Source: Phoronis australis (lineage: Eukaryota > Animalia > Phoronida). From it: a DNA stretch of 64,000 nt. Positions within the stretch are counted from its first letter, which is position 1. The number at the start of each line of letters is the position of its first letter. The notes beneath the pieces are model-generated. The model made no database searches and had not been told where the DNA came from. It saw nothing but the letters and a program-made list of their open reading frames with translations. Location of the stretch: positions 124,497 through 188,496 of the forward strand of contig NMRA01000239.1 in the NCBI GenBank assembly GCA_002633005.1. The letters run 5' to 3'. This document shows, piece by piece, positions 62,449 to 64,000 of the stretch. Made by a program: the position numbers and the translations under genes.

Positions 62449-63577
62449 GTATGTATCTGTTTCTACGAGTGATTTTATGTTGCCACAGTTTGTGCATCTC
62501 ACCACTGGCATAGTAATTGCTTTGCAAGAGATTTTTACAAGTTTTCTTTTTTAAAAGAATTTTTATGTCTGGTAGATGGTCCTGCAATTTTCCTATTGAA
62601 TATTTCTTAAAATATGCTGACAAATTTCCTGAAGAATGAAATCTCAAGGTTCTTAAACACAGGACCAACATAGAGTTGTGTGGTGCAACATACCTAGTAC
62701 ATCAAGCTAATGCACTGCCTCGTTCTGTAACTATGCAGGCCTACGTGGCAATATGCGAATATAATGCTCACGACAGTGTCTTGGCTGAGCTTTTATGTGT
62801 TTGTGTAAACACATTGAAGGAGAGGGAGTGACGTGGTTTATGGTTTTGCTCAAAATTTTTCATGAACTTTTTGTTCAAAGCCAATTGATTTTGATTATGG
62901 ATGCGATTCTCACTACAATAGGCACTGTCTCCAACATTGTGACGATTTTTATTTATAACTGTTGATTTTTTCAATGAATATATTAGATTTACCCACAAAA
63001 TTGAAATATATGCAAAGTTTTTCATATGTATGACTTTTCTGATCATAANGTCGCTGGCACATATTCCGCTTGTAGGTCACATGTTTCTTAAAGTATACTG
63101 GGACTTATATGTACAGTTCTAGAAAAGTAAAACACATGCCTTTGGACTTACTACCAGCAATTCTTGGTTACACTGTGTAGATTCTAACAGTTTCAATTAG
63201 ACTGGTACTAAACCTTGTTTTGGTATTACTTCTGTCACCCGCTGATGGTATTTCGTCTGAGTTATAAAAGCATTATTTAACTAAGACACTTGTTCACTGT
63301 GTCATAAAGGAGACCCCGTGCTTCTCTGTTGTTGGTCTTTCAATTGTTGCATAACTTGCCTAATGAATTAGTTACACTTGCCAATGTTGCATATTTAAGG
63401 ATTTTTCAAAATTGCTCCAACTGAGCATTTTTGTCTTAAGATCTCAGTGAACACGCGGTAATTAATCTGTGAAAATGCTAAAACCAGGTTTAGCATCAAA
63501 GTTCTCATGTTAGTGTATGGTCTCTTTGAGAGTATGACATACGATAGACATAAAAAGTAATATACTACGCTTTAAAG

Positions 63578-63753
63578 GCTCGTGAACGTGACTCCACTGT
63601 GGGTGAGAAGCGCTTGGGGAGCGAGATTGCTGAAAGCCTCAAGCGAATCATTGCTCCATATTTCCTGCGACGGACCAAGGCTGAGGTCCAGGATAATACA
63701 GATGCTGGCCAAGACGGGGAGCAGGATGATGCCGAACGACCAAGAACTCCACA
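63578..63753 (+). CDS. ERCC6L: ERCC6L exon 60544..60719, copy B (probably the other allele)
   Basis: Same exon after the N at 63049, with 2 synonymous and 5 non-synonymous differences. Confidence 0.7.
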
Positions 63754-63842
63754 GTAATTGTCTTGTTGTTAAAAACTGAGAAAAATTAGCAATGAATTGA
63801 AATTTTTGTTTCTTGAACTGTTGTACTAGGGAGGGATCGAGG

Positions 63843-64000
63843 CAGGCCTTTATGCAGCGTACGTCCTGGGCGTCCATTTGGACGCCCTAGCACTAATGTG
63901 GACACTCTGGCAAGGACGCCCAATGTATCATTTGGACGCCCTGTCAATCAGAATTTCTCCAGTTTGGACACCCACATTGTAAGATTACTAAGACTCCCAG
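63843..64000. mobile_element. Haplotype-specific insertion, DNA-transposon-like end
   Basis: Alignment to copy A breaks after GATCGAGG; new sequence starts CAGGCC and has repeated GGACGCCC subterminal motifs. Confidence 0.55.

Larger units (their letters stand above)
60025..64000. repeat. Block starting at 60025 restarts at 63050 after N63049 (likely haplotype duplication artefact)
   Basis: 63050-63842 aligns to 60025-60808. Confidence 0.85.

Noticed and set aside
1-64000. Prokaryotic systems (operons, CRISPR-Cas, defence islands)
   Set aside because: The window is spliceosomal-intron-rich animal DNA; most listed short ORFs are chance frames in introns.

Overview
Eukaryotic, intron-rich animal DNA, probably from a highly heterozygous invertebrate (about 37% GC by eye); not prokaryotic. 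Three protein-coding genes could be reconstructed by hand with phase-consistent GT-AG exons. (1) A complete 13-exon oxysterol-binding protein gene (OSBP; PH, FFAT and ORD domains; about 761 aa; + strand, 5405-39510). (2) A convergent CCDC117/HCFC1R1-family gene (- strand, 42982 to about 50072). (3) Head-to-head with it, the 5' part of ERCC6L/PICH (TPR plus SNF2 ATPase; + strand, 52574 to beyond the window end). Three 1.7-3 kb tandem 'duplications' each meet at a single N (10017, 54932, 63049) and are most likely two haplotypes assembled in series. The introns hold MITEs, minisatellites, tRNA-derived repeats and a Penelope GIY-YIG fragment. The most unusual structures are two. First, OSBP intron 1 holds a miniature LTR element whose LTRs carry a tRNA-type Pol III promoter (tRNA-Ser PBS, PPT, 4-bp TSD), with a full copy and a solo LTR at mirror positions of a palindromic MITE. 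Second, an ERCC6L intron holds a ~300-bp unit in which two inverted hammerhead-ribozyme-like motifs enclose a tRNA-like promoter. All family assignments come from recalled motifs; no database search was run.
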